The position numbers and the translations under genes were made by a program. This document shows positions 31,586-45,019 of a stretch of 64,000 nucleotides of DNA, piece after piece (position 1 is the first letter of the stretch; each line of letters begins with the position of its first letter). The notes under the pieces were generated by a model. It was given only the letters and a program-made list of their open reading frames with translations. It was not told where the DNA came from and made no database searches. The stretch is from assembly GCF_009914755.1 (NCBI RefSeq), contig NC_060930.1; one strand, 5' to 3'. The stretch is from the human T2T-CHM13v2.0 reference genome, Homo sapiens.

Positions 31586-33369
31586 AAAAAAAAAAAAGTA
31601 GTCTGAAAGCTTTGGCTGTTTTCTTTTAGTAAAGACTTATAGAGTTCGTATTCAGCTACCATATCTAATTCATGTTAAATAGCACAGTAAAAGAGAAGTA
31701 TGTGAATTCTGAGAAAATGGATATATAATACCAAGAATACTCCATATATATCAATTACATCCCAGTCATTCATTGTGTCATCTCACTGAGTGGTAACCAG
31801 AAAGAGCACAAGATTTTTAGTCTAGCAGATCTATTTCCAAATCCCCATTCTTCTGTCATGTACCTACTGAGTGATGTTTCTAAGGCAAAGGACATGTAAC
31901 AGCAGCAACAATAAAAGCAGTTCTTATTTATTAATTTATGAAATGTGTTAACATAAATCCTAGAAACATAATGCCCCGCTGACTACATGTGCAAGTTATA
32001 CTGTCATCCTGTCTCTGTTTATAAAAGAAATTTATTTTATTTAAGATTTTTATTTGTCTGCCTGTTGTTCTCTGAATGGGAACTGACTCTGGATTTCATT
32101 CAGGGCTAGTGTGTACACACATACAGAGGATGCTGTTTGCTTAGACAACCTCAGGTAGCACCATTTACATTGTTTTCCCTGGAGTTGGTCAGAATGGATG
32201 GTCATTAACTAAATCAAGTGATCCTGGAATAGATTGAAAGCTCTTGCATGCCTTTATCAAAATACCACCATAGAGTAGATGGGAAGAGATTTTGGAAATA
32301 GTGATAGCAATCACTCACAGTTATTGAGTTTGTACTGCTCTAAATTCCAGGCTGTACTCTAAATGCCTTGCATGGATTAGCTCACCACAGCCTCGGTACA
32401 ATTCTGTGAGGTATATGTAGATGAGGAAACTGAATTACAGAGAGAAAAATCAAATTATAATTGATATCAAGCTCTGCTTTCCTCTTATTTAATGTTATCA
32501 TTAAGTTATTTGGTACAGCTATTGTTCAAACAGTGTATATGCCTTTCTGATGCAGGAAATGAGCTATGAATCCATCTCTGTGATGATTGCATCATCTCAC
32601 TGTAGCTGGAGTAATCAGCCTCCAGAGATAACTGAATCTTTTAGCCAATTATGGTCAGAAGCAGTTCAAAATCACACACACTAAAACCAAACTTTTCTCA
32701 TGGGTTAGAGTCTTAACATTCTGATAGTATGAAAACTTCCTTCTCCCAGTGATTCATTCATTTACCTGGGATACAATCTTCCCATGAACTCATTTTTGTG
32801 ATGAAAGGAAGTTATTTTTAAAAATAAAAATTAATACCATTTAATGTCAAGATATCTCTTTTGTACTTTAGTGTAGTATTGTTAGGGACTCAGTCATGCA
32901 TGTGCTTGACTGAACTTTTGAGCAAACCCAAAGCCCCTTCCTAATAAACCATGTTGACCCTGCTCAAAATCCTCTTCAGGCCACCTGTACACTGAGATGC
33001 ACTGGTCCTGTGTTGTGTAAATATATTTAAATATGTGTTTTTATTTTCCCAGAAAGCCAGCAACATTGCCATTTAGCTACTTACTTCATGTCTGAAGTAT
33101 ATAGACTTCCACCTAACACTTAGCAATCACTTAGAAGTTTCATTGATACCAATGTGTATGCTATCTGGTTTTTATCTGAAAGTCACCTAAAATAGTTGAT
33201 ATTCCAGAAAAGAAAGCAAAGGAACATATTATATAGTTTGAAGTCACATCTTCAGAAAGCTATATACCTAAACTCTATTACTTTACACCCCTGTAAAATA
33301 TATCTTCATTAGATGTATTGATTTTAAAAACATGGCTATATATTGGTTTTGTAAGACATCTTTTTAAAA

Positions 33370-34490
33370 GTTCGTACTTGTAAAGTCAGCACATTTTATA
33401 AGTTTTTCTACGAAAATAATCAGAAATGCCCACAAACAAATACACTAGGATATTAATCACTACAATATAGTAGAGAAAACATGGAAAACTCTAAACGCTG
33501 AATGGTAGAGATTAGTTACATAAATAGTAGGATGCCTGTATATGGAGGAACTTTAAGCTATTTTAGAAAAGAAAAGCGGTTATGATCTAATAAACATAAA
33601 TGCCAAGTTATGATAGTATGTAGAGTATGATCACTATTTTACTTACGTTTTAATATATATACATTATAATTGTATATATATTGGTATTGCTACATCCAGT
33701 ATATTTTCTCTATTTTCTACATTTTCATATGCTCTGAAAGAAAATAGTAATGTAAAAAGAGACATGACTTCTCAAAACTCAAGAATTTTACTTCTAATTC
33801 ACACACATATGTAACATGTAAAGGGGCATTCATTGCTGTACTATTTCTAAGAACTAACATTTGGAAACAACTTCAAAGTCCAGCAATTAGAGATTAGATT
33901 AATAAAATATGGTATATTCATAGGATAGAATATAATGTAGCATTTCAGCAAAAAAAATTAAATTTTTGTTCACCAGCATAAGTAGATCTTAAAAAATGTG
34001 TGAAGAAAGCACAATACAGAGCAGTATGTGTCTACTGTTATGTCAATGGATTCACTGGTACATAAAAATATAAGGAAGCCCACGAATCTAATGACACTGG
34101 ATACCAACTAGAAGAAGAAATGAGAATATAAGGGGGAAAGGGTCTGGTTAAAAGAGACTTCAATAAATGGATAGATGAAGTCTGTAAGCAAACGTAACAA
34201 CTTAATAACTGCTAGAGGCATATGGTTCTTTCATTATTCTTTGTACTTTTCCAGGCTTTAAGAAATTTCTCAAAAAATTAAACACCTAATTGTAGGCAAG
34301 AAAGTAAAGACAAAATTTAGAGCACTCGAATTTTACCGTGAAGGAGAGAAGAGAAAAACATCAGAAGCTTGAGGGGAATACATTGTCAATAGATTTTTTA
34401 AAAAGGTGGGATATACTAAAGCTGTGTTTTGAATTGAGCCATGACTCTTTGATGGTATATGAAATCAATGTAATGGGTCATTATTGACCA
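33370..34490 (+). mobile_element. Old L1ME/MC 3' fragments
   Basis: ttggaaacaacttcaaagtcca...aataaaatatggtatattcatagg; atatgaaatcaatgtaatggg. Confidence 0.5.
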
Positions 34491-34624
34491 TTCCATTATT
34501 TTAGTCCATTATTTAATGGTCCCTCCATTATTTTTAATGGAATCTGTGCAGAAAAGTATTAACAGGGTTGGGACTGCTGTTTTTAGAAAGTTTTTAGAAA
34601 GTTCTCTTTGTAAGTTTTCTTTTA

Positions 34625-34971
34625 AAGAAAATGTGGCACATAAACACCACGGAATACTGTGCAGCCATAAAAAAAAGGATGAAGCTGGAAACATCATTCT
34701 CTGCAAACTAACACAGGAACAGAAAACCAAACACCACCTGTTCTCACTCATAAGTGGGAGCTGAACAATGACAACACGTGGACACAGGGAGGGGAACATC
34801 ACACACCGGGGCCTGTGAGGGGGTGGGGGGCAAGGGGAGGAATAACATTAGGTAATACCTAATATAGATGATGGGTTGATGGGTGCAGCAAACGGCCATG
34901 GCACGCGTATACCTATCCAACAATCCTGCACGTTCTGCACATGTATCACATAAAGCATAATAAAAAAGAAA
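34625..34971 (+). mobile_element. L1PA (PA8-10-like) 3' end with a small internal deletion
   Basis: aagaaaatgtggcacat...ttctcactcataagtgggag...aataaaaaa. The consensus segment between two ggatga copies is missing at about 34677. Confidence 0.9.
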
Positions 34972-37900
34972 TAGTTGGAAATTAGAATCAATAAGGAAGT
35001 GTATAAAAAATAATGGTGTATTTTCCATGGGATACTACGTAGCCATGAAAAGGAATGGTTTCCTCTGGACTTGGCCCCATGCACCTTTTCTCTTTGCTTC
35101 TTTTCCCTTTTGCTGCAGTAAATCGTAGCTGTGAGTACAACTTAAAATTTTTAAAAAGACATGGTCATATGAAAATATGTTTTGAAAACTTTTTATGACT
35201 CTGCCTTTCAATATGCTTTATGTAAATAGTCATATGAATTTTCTTAGAATTTTATGCATGGAAAACTTCCTCTTGCCCAATGAGTTACTATATTTTTCTT
35301 TATTGAACAAAAACAGTTATACACCATATTGTATTTTTCATTTGCCTTTTCACTGGGAAACTGTTAAATGTGGGGATTAATTGGTAGTTGTCCTAAGCAA
35401 GGTTTTTGAATCAGCAGTATTAGCTCTTTGATGAACTGGCAGCTGTTCCTTCCCCATCTTTGGTAGCTTTATTTGTCTCTATTGTCACAAGCTGCTTTAA
35501 GGTTGTTCTGTGGAATTATAAATTAGCTATACAAAACAAGTGTATGAATGGCTAAAATAACAAGGATAACCTATCTTGGGGAAAGAAGACTTCTGTATAG
35601 ATAATCTTATTATGAGAAGTGTTCACATTTCTCTGCACTTGATACTAGGATTATCTGTTCTATAGGCCTTTAAGCTCAAGTCTTATAACCCTATCATTAA
35701 AATAGGGATTAAATTCCTTTCTTAATTATGTATATTTAAATGCCATTAACTTTGGAAGGTTATAATTACATATTAACTGACTGTATTTTTTTATTGTGGG
35801 CACTAGTCATTTTAATCTTTCTATTCAAACTGTGTTCAGTAGTTATTCTGATACAAGCATAGCATAATAAATGGGTTAACATATGCAGTGGTGAAAGGTC
35901 AAAATGAAACATAGCATTGCCAATACTAAGGGAAAGAATTCACTTTATAAAAGAGGGTACCACATATTTTCACGAATCACATTTTCTGATGCGTTTAAAA
36001 TATTTTGGTTACATCCAGTCTTCTAGTAGCACATAATCAATTGACTTAAAGTTTTTATAAGTATAACAACTATCCATTTCTAACACTAGCTATTCAATAA
36101 TTTGTGGTAGGGTAACATGGAATTGTTTAAGAAAAGTTGTATGTTTTTTATAGAGACATGGTATGAGGGCTCCTTACTTTCAAATTAGCATTAATTAGAG
36201 GTAGTGTAGAATCATATAATGCCACTGTTTTATATCTGTATCTTGTACAGTGTTTTAAATAATTTCTTACTTAAGCCTTCCCCCTTTCATTTGAGGAAAG
36301 TTAACAATTATCTTTATTTTTATAAGATCAGGTGACTAATGGAAATCCAGGGGGCACTGGTATTGAGCAAGAAAACAGAATTATTTCTAGTATTTTCTTC
36401 AGAATTTGGCTTTAGTTTTGCAACAGAATGATCTCATTTTATTTAAGGGACAGTTCTCTTTGAGCACAAGATTTTTGATGAAAACATAGCATCTTGTTTG
36501 TGTTTGTTGAAGACTTTTCAAACACATTAGCATTTATAAAACTTGAGCTTTAACTCACAAAGACAGTGAGAGAAAAGGAAAAGCCAACAGTGAACCAGAA
36601 ATCAGATTTATTTTTAGGGAAAAAAAAGGATAGATGGATAAACTGACTTAGCAAATCTGTTTGTTAACTTAGACGATTAAAAAAGGAATATCAACAATAA
36701 AGAGGCTAGTGTGCACCAGTGAATCTCAGAAAGTCTTTGGTAAAGATGGTAGTAGGACTAGTTGAAAACCTAAATAAGGAAGAGGAATGCTACCCTCCTC
36801 ACCTCTCTTGACCATGACTAGGTGACTACCCCTCTCCCAGAGTAATGAAGACTGGAGGTGTGCACTGGAGGTACTGCAGTGTGGTGATATAGATGCACCA
36901 TACTGAAAGTAGGGAATCTATGGAGAATCCATATAAAGGGTGGTAAGTCTCCCCGGACTCCATTTGGCCACATGTTCCAGCACTAACAGCTGGACATACA
37001 CCTCCAGGCATAAAACTTGAGGATTCTTCTCTGGGGAAAGTGTACAGCCCCAAGGAAAAGATCCTAGGTTACTGCTGCTTGGGACATTTGATCTCCCAGT
37101 AAAAAAGCCCGCTTGCCTCTGATCACAGAGATGCAATTAGCCAATGAGGCTGGCTCACAGATCTTCCAGTTAGCTTCCTACTGCATCTCTCTTAAATGCA
37201 GATTTCATGACACCTCCACGAGGAGGTTGTACACCATTTGAAAATCCCTTCCTTTGAAAATCACCTGTCATCATCTGTTTTTCAATCGTAGCTATTTATT
37301 TTGGTATTACCTTAATGTTTCCAAATATACTTATGCTCCTACATTAGAGATTGACTTCCTATTACAAAAGATTAGAACTTACAACTCTGCTATCTTTCTT
37401 ACCATTTTACCCACCTCCATCCATCCTCTCGATAGCTATCATACAGTTTTTTGTTAATTAATAATCTACATTTAGAATATTGTGACTATATAAGCAACAC
37501 TTTTTATTGCTGAGTCTAACAATATATATGTTATTCTCATATGACTATTACATTCCTAAACCTAAATTTTCCCCTTTTTATTTTTTAGCTTTCTATACTA
37601 ATTACAAATTAATTTTTAACCCTTATTACCTTTTACTCTCCACTTGAATTATAAACCTCTCCAAAGATCATTTTCCACCAAATTAGACGAATAATTTAGT
37701 TTCTCAAGTTCCATTTTTTTCCTTCTTACAGGCACACTGTCTGGTGCCCTCTGTCTTTCTCCAACACTTACTGGTGCTAGGCCTGCTACATTTCTCCAAC
37801 ACTGAAGCCCTTGGCCTCCTGGATTCCATGTTGCCTGCTCTCTTGCTTGATGTCCCCTTTTTTGCGGGGGGGGGGGAGTGAAAAAATCCTTTATTAAAAT

Positions 37901-39303
37901 AATTTATATTAAAATAACATGTTGCCATTTTTGCCCAACAGATTAAAGTTGCTGTTTGCCTCTTAGCTTAGTCAGCTTTGTGGAGAAGAGCCCAGTAACC
38001 CTGGGCGAGGGACTCCAGGTGCTGTGAAGGCATCCAGCCTGTCTCAAGGGGCCAGGTGCTGGTCTCTCTTGGTGCCGCTTTTCCCATGCAGTGCTGCTGG
38101 CGTGAGTTCCCTGTGCCAGACTTCCCACCCTCAGCAGAACTTCAGACAGAGCTGTTCACGAGAATGATAAACAGCTACCATTGCAATTCGCAGACACCCG
38201 CTGGCTTGGGCTCAGATGTCTGCCAAGATCTTGATTATTCTATTTTAGTGTATTTCAACAAACAAATACTAAGTGCTTACTGTATGCAGGGCAGGGTCCT
38301 GGTGTTCCCTAAGATGCCAAGACAAATAGAATGTGGTATGTGCCTATGAGAAGTATATGATCCAGAGAAAGAGGGCTTGAGACAAATCAATATCTGTTAT
38401 TAAAAGGGTAGAGAATGTGAAATGATTTTAGAGGCAGACAAACAATATTCTGTGAGCATTTGGTATTCACAAGTCCGCCTAGTTTTTACTTCTATCATGC
38501 AGGTCTTTCTCAGAATGACGGGCTGGAGCCTAGTCATCCAGATGGTTTGGGACTTTATAGAACCATGATTCATGGATGTGAGATCTGGTTGTTGTTGCCT
38601 TTTTTTTTTTAAATTGCCCTGCTTTCTGATGTTAATTACTGCAGCTGGGCTGCCAAGTAAACATCTGTTCCGGGTAGGATTCTAGATAAAGGCGTATTGC
38701 TTTGGCTTGTCTTGTTGGAAACTATTTTTACCTCACATAGAATATTATATAATCTCCATGAATACTGTATACTATGTATGGACTATTACAGATCAACACA
38801 TGCCTAGAACATTCACAGAAGAGGGGAAAACAACAAATAAATACTCTAACATATATTAAAGCTTACAATTAGTAAGATACACACAAGCATTAAAATAATA
38901 ATATTGCCATTTTTCCTTATCAAATTAAAGGCAAAAGTTTTGGAGGGTTTTTGTATTTTTTCATTTGTATGCTTATTTTTCTAAATGATAGAATTCATCA
39001 TGGCAAGTTGTAATTACTGTCATGGAACGTAAATAAACATGGCTTTTAGAAAGCAGTTTGGCAATATGTGTTAAAAGTCTCACAATAATCAGATACTTTA
39101 ACCCAGTATTTTCAGTTCTGGGAATCTACCCTAAGGAAACACAGAATGAACTTTATGCAAAAGTTATTCATCCCACATTATTTATAATAGCATTAAGTTG
39201 GAGACAGCCTCCATGTGGAGTTTAACTGTGGTTCCTCTACTCTCTGAAGTATTATACAATGTTCAGAAACAATGATTATAGACAGTAATAACATGGAAAA
39301 AGC

Positions 39304-39598
39304 TTTTTTTTTTTTTTTGAGACGGAGTCTTGGTCTGTCACCAAGGCTGGAGTGCAATGGCGCGATCTTGGCTCACTGCAACCTGTACCTCCCGGATTCA
39401 AGCAATTCTCTGCCTCAGCCTCCCAAGTAGCTGGGATTACAGGTGCCTGCCACCATGCCCGACTAATTTTTTGTATTTTTAGTAGAGACGGGGTTTCACC
39501 ATCTTGGCCAGGCTGGTCTTGAACTCCTGACCTCGTGATCTACCCGCCTCGGCCTCCCAAAGTGCTGGGATTACAGGCGTGAGCCACTGCACCCGGCC
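39304..39598 (-). mobile_element. AluS (Sg-like)
   Basis: Full dimer with T tail, cctgacctcgtgatc; TSD ggaaaa(a/t)gctt. Confidence 0.93.
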
Positions 39599-39871
39599 GG
39601 AAAATGCTTACCTTATGTTACATGGAAAAGCAAGTTACCAAGTTGAATTCAGAGTACATGTAGAATAAATATATTCTACAAGGACTTATATGAAAATGTT
39701 GATATTGGTAGTATTAGGATGGTAAGACAAAGCCTGATTTTTTCCCCATTTTTCTGTTTTCCCAGTTTCCTTTATAAAGTCATTTATCAGCTGTACAAAC
39801 ACAGGTGACCTTACTTTCCCTGTATAACTGAAAAATTGACTAGGAAGATCAGACATTGTGCTCTTCAATAA

Positions 39872-40215
<344 letters not shown>

Positions 40216-41478
40216 TGTTTTCTTACTGGTTCTAACAAGTGAGGCCCACAGCAGATCTATTTGGTTTATAGGAGAAAATACATTTCTATTCTCCCTCAAA
40301 ACATGAAGAGATTATTCAACAGTTATGTAAAATTTATATAGCTCCATTATATACAGTACGAATTCAGTGAAATTATAGGCAGTAACAGTTTTGAAAATTA
40401 ACACATTAACAAAAATAAGTAACAATTAATGTTCTTTCACCTGAGCAGCCTAGGAAACTCTGGGGAAGTTGGACTAGGAAGGATTAGCAGGCTGACAGGG
40501 CCAGAAAGGTTTTCCTTCTCTACATCTCTGCCCTTTTTCTTTCAATTAGCACATTGAGTGCAACAGCTGAACTGCAACCAGCCAGGGGTGTGGTTGTTCC
40601 TTTAAGGGAGGCTGGGCTTCTGGCCTACATGTGGCCTCTGCCCTGGTAGTTAAGACTGAACATTTTTATCTTCTTATAAACCAGTGATCAAGGCCAATTT
40701 GGCTGTCATCTCTCCCTACCCCATGAACCCCTTAAAATAGTCCAGAACAGGATGCTGATTTTTCTACTTACAATTACACATTACACGCTAGACAAAACAA
40801 ACATACACAATCACACTTCCTTCCCTTTAATTTATGTCCCTTGGACTAGTGGTCTGGTGCTCTCCTTTGTCACCTATGTCCCTGCTTGACCTTGAGTTTT
40901 CTGTAGCTAGAGATCACTATTTAGAAAAACCTCACACTATCTCTATTAACCTCTTTTTGAATTTCAACAATTATTTCTTAAGCACCTACTTTATGTCAGG
41001 TTAGTGAGCAAGGTATTAGAGATGCAAGAATAAACAAGGCACAGTTTCTGCCCTCAAAGAATTTATAGGATAATAGGGAAAACAAACAATTTCGCTAGAA
41101 TAGGATAAGTAAAAATGACAGGAATAAGCACAGGTTGCTACAGGAGCAAGTCTTGTTAAGGATCACCTGATACAGTTTTGAGGGATTACAAAAGGCTTCC
41201 AAAAGAATTTGATGTCTGAGGTAAGACCTGAAGGATTTAAGCAAGAAAAATATGTGTAAAGTATGTCCTGGGTAGAACAAAAGCATGCGGAGGAGCCCAG
41301 AGGCAAAATCAAATATGATTGAGGCATAGCCTGCAATGGGGCAAAAGGGAGTCCAGAAAAGTGGTCACATTTTCACATGGAGGGAGTTTTCACTTTATCC
41401 TGAACACAAGGGCATTATTGAAGTATTTTAATTAGTGGAGTTATATGATCAGACTTGTGTTTTAAAAAGAGTGCTCCA

Positions 41479-42154
41479 GAGAAGAGGGCACCCTTGTATA
41501 CTGTTGGTGGGAATGTAAAGTAGTACAGCCATTACAGAAGACAGTATGGAGGATCCTCAAAAAACTTAAAATAGAACTGCCAGATGATCCAGAATCTCAC
41601 TATTGCATCTATATCTCAAGGAAATGAAATTAGTATGTTGAAGAGATATCTGTACTCCCATGCTCATTGTGCCCTGTTCACAATAGCCAAGATATGGAAA
41701 CCACCTAAGTGCCCATTGATAGATGAGTGGATAAAGAATATCTAGTATATTTAACAATGGGATGTTAATCAGTCTTTAGAAAGAAGGAAATACTGTCATT
41801 TGCAGCAATATGGATGAACCTGGAGGACATTACGTTGAGTAGGATAGACCAGGCACAGAAAGACAAATGCCACATGGTCCCCCTTTATATATGGAATCTT
41901 AAAAAGTCAAACTCATAGAAGCAGAAAGCAGAATGTTGGTTACCAGGGGATGGGCATGGGGGGAAAAGGACTAAGGAGATGTTGTTCAAGACATGCAAAA
42001 TTTCTGTTAGGAGGAATAAGTTCAAGCAACCTATTGTACAGTATGGTGACTATAGTTAGTAACAATGCATTGTATACTTGAAAATTGCCAAGAGAGTAGA
42101 TTTTAAGTACTTTCACTGCAAATAAATAAATATGTGAGGTAAACAAAATGAAAC
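41479..42154 (+). mobile_element. L1MA (MA8/9-like) 3' portion, 3'-truncated
   Basis: ORF2 end and 3'UTR motifs; TSD aaagagt(g/a)ctcca (41466-41478 / 42155-42167). Confidence 0.85.
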
Positions 42155-42334
42155 AAAGAGTACTCCAAAGCCTGGACTAAGTAGCATTGGAGATCAAAAG
42201 ATGTAAATGATTGTTTGAAGAATTAATAAAGTAGGATTTTGTTGATGGTTGAGGGAGAGAGGAAGCAGAAGAAAAGTCGGGAGGGGATATTACTTTGCTT
42301 TCTGTGCCATTTTCATGATAAGGAACATGAAGGA

Positions 42335-42774
42335 GGCCAGGCACGGTGGCTCACGCCTGTAATCCCAGCACTTTGGGAGGCTGAGGCAGGCGGATCACCT
42401 GAGCTCAGGAGTTCGAGACCACCCTGAGCAACACGGTAAAATCCCATCTCCACTAAAATACCAAAAATTAGCCAGGCATGGTGGTGCACGCCTGTAATCC
42501 CAGCACTTTGGGAGGCTGAGGCAGGCGGATCACCTGAGCTCAGGAGTTCGAGACCACCCTGAGCAACACAGTAAAATCCTGTCTCCACTAAAATACCAAA
42601 AATTAGCCAGACATAGCGGTGCATGCCTGTAATCCCAGCTACTCGGGAGGCTGAGGCACGAGAGAATCTCTTGAGCCCGGGAGGCAGAGGTCGCAGTGAG
42701 CCAAGATCATGCCACTGCACTCCAGCCTGGGTGACAGGGTAAGACTCTGTCTCAAAAAAAAAAAAAAAAAAAAA
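42335..42774 (+). mobile_element. AluS with a tandemly duplicated left arm (three-arm Alu)
   Basis: 135-nt period duplication (copies start 42352 and 42487), then the right arm and A tail. Confidence 0.92.
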
Positions 42775-43549
42775 TGAAAGTGGGCAGTCAGGGGGACATG
42801 GGAAGTGATGAGTTTGTTTTTAGACTGTTGAGTTTGAGGTATTTGACTGAAGACATCAAGTAGGGAATTAAACGTAGATATCAGAAGCTTAGTATAGAGA
42901 TCTGGACTGGTGTTTTAACATGTGGGAGCTTGCACTGTATATATATGTGGAGTTGAAACCATGGGAGTGGAAGAGTAACTAACCCTCAGAAAGATTAACC
43001 AATGAGAACAATCCATTATAAATGCAACCTCAGAGACTCAGGAAGCCTTAAAGGATAGATGCAGGGAAAATCCACAAAGGAGGATACAGGGGACAGAAAG
43101 AAGTCAGGAAAATCAGGAATGTGATGTGCTAGAGGTCAAGAAAGAAACAGAACTCAACAGTGTCAGATGTTGCAAAGGAGGCAGTAAAGTAAGGATTCAA
43201 ATGGACATTTAGTAACCAGAAGGTGATTGATAATTTTGTAGAGAATGACTGAAAGTCATTTCAAGGAGGAGGTGAGACAGATAGCAGTGGGTTTTTTAAT
43301 GTGGACGTGAACACAAGAACATTAAATAATCTTTCATTTGGCTTGGCTGCAAATGGACAGATGATAAGGACTGGAGACCAAGGCACACAATCCTAACGAG
43401 TTTTTTGTTTTCTTTTGCTTTTATAGTGGGAGAAACTTGAGCATGCTTATCAGTTTGAGTGTCTGAAGTTAGCAGAGGGAGGTGAGATTCCTGACAAGGC
43501 AGGTGGAAATAATCATCCTAGAAATTTTGCAAAGTCCTGCTTTCTACCG

Positions 43550-43886
43550 AGGAGGGAGGGAGGAAGGGATATTTCCAAAGGAAGGAAGGAAGGAAGGAAG
43601 AAAAGAAGGAAGGGAGGGAGGGAGGGAGGGATATTTCCAAATGTACTCCCTTATGAGTGGGGAACAGAAAGTTGAAGGTGTTCTAAGGAAGGGAGGGAGT
43701 GAGGAAAGAAGGGAGGGATATTTCCAAATGTACTCCCTTATGAGTGGGGAACAGAAAGTTGAAGGTGTTCTAGGGAGGGAGGAAGGGAAGGAGGGAGGGA
43801 GGGAGGGAGGGAAGGAAGGAAGGAAGGAAGGGATATTTACAAATGTACTCTCTTATGAGTGGGGAACAGAAAGTTGAAGGTGTTCT
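43550..43886. repeat. Composite tandem repeat: three 57-nt units separated by GGAA/GGGA tracts
   Basis: gggatatttccaaatgtactcccttatgagtggggaacagaaagttgaaggtgttct at 43628-43684, 43715-43771 and 43830-43886 (2 mismatches), plus a partial copy at 43566-43579. Confidence 0.95.
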
Positions 43887-44334
43887 CAGCTGATCCTGTT
43901 GGATTTTTATTCTGTCAAGTACAAGGTGAAGTTTTTGACTGTGTGCATATTGGTCAGTTGAAAGGAAAAGTTAAGAGTAAGGCCTTGAAGAGGGAGGTGA
44001 AATGGTTCATGGGTAAGAAAGAAGCACCCCAGAGGGTCCCAGAGAAGGTTGCTGCTCAGTGATGATAGCCCATATGATCGTGGAGACCATCTGCTTGTCC
44101 ACAGCACTGAGGGAGATGAAAGTTAGACTGCTTGTACTTTTCAAAGTATCACATCCAAAAATGTATTACCTGCCTTTGATGAAGTACTTAAGAATTCTCA
44201 GTGGCCGCTAGCAACATGGCATTATTATTCTAAGCAGCCAGTTTTGCAAAACCTGGGTAGACATCTGCAGTGACACAGTGGCAATGTGTCCAGGCTCTGC
44301 CAGTGACTAACATTGAATTAAAGCTTTAGTACTT

Positions 44335-44505
44335 TCTTTCTGGGTGACCTTGGGCAAACTAATTCTGTACTTGGGATCCTGGTAGGGTCTTTATCAGGAG
44401 TAACTGAGGTTAATCAATGGAAAATGCTTAGAATAGTGCCTGGCACATACTAAACGCTCAACAAATGTTAGCTGCTGCTATCATCATCATCGTCATCATT
44501 ATCAT
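44335..44505 (+). mobile_element. MIR
   Basis: gggtgaccttgggcaa...tgcttagaatagtgcctggcacatactaaacgctcaacaaatgttagct. Confidence 0.8.
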
Positions 44506-45019
44506 TAAGTTTATTGTGATAATAGGATAAATTTCTAGGATGATACAATTCAAGCCTTTAGAGCATTGAGAGCGTAAACGTGTCATCAGTACTCCACATT
44601 TCTGTGTAGAAAGAATGACAAAAGGTATTCCTGTTTTGGGGAAGATAACTTTGAAACAAGTATTTAAAACATTTCTCTGAGAAAAAAAATAGGGAATCAC
44701 AGTTAGGTGCTATACAAGTCAGCTTTTTTTAGGTAGGGAAGGTTGCATATTCAGTCCTTAAACTCTGCAAGAATTGCACTGCTTCCCTGTGTGACTCTTG
44801 ACCCTGTGGAAGACAAGTGGGGTGTGAAATCTGCCCAAATCATCTCCCTTACTGGATGAAAAAAATGAAAACAAATTAAAATGAACTGTGATATACTAGT
44901 TATAGAGTAGTATTATTTTCACATGCAAAGAGTAATTGTGTTTTGGATACAGTAAATATTAATATTAATATATTAATGTTTATTATATTTGTTGAATGAA
45001 CATGACATAATTTGTACCA

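Larger units (their letters stand above)
40960..43480 (-). mobile_element. Long L2 fragment interrupted by L1MA and Alu
   Basis: aacaattatttcttaagcacctact (3' end), gatgagtttgtttttagac.tgttgagtttgagg, caacagtgtcagatgttgca. Confidence 0.7.

Noticed and set aside
37710-37735. Strong acceptor tttttttccttcttacag
   Set aside because: No convincing paired donor nearby; lies in old L1-like pyrimidine-rich DNA.
43482-43877. 131-aa ORF with repeated REGYFQMYSLMSGEQKVEGVL and a CRISPR-like layout
   Set aside because: The ORF arises from stop-poor purine repeats. The spacers are GGAA/GGGA microsatellite, the context is eukaryotic and there are no cas genes.
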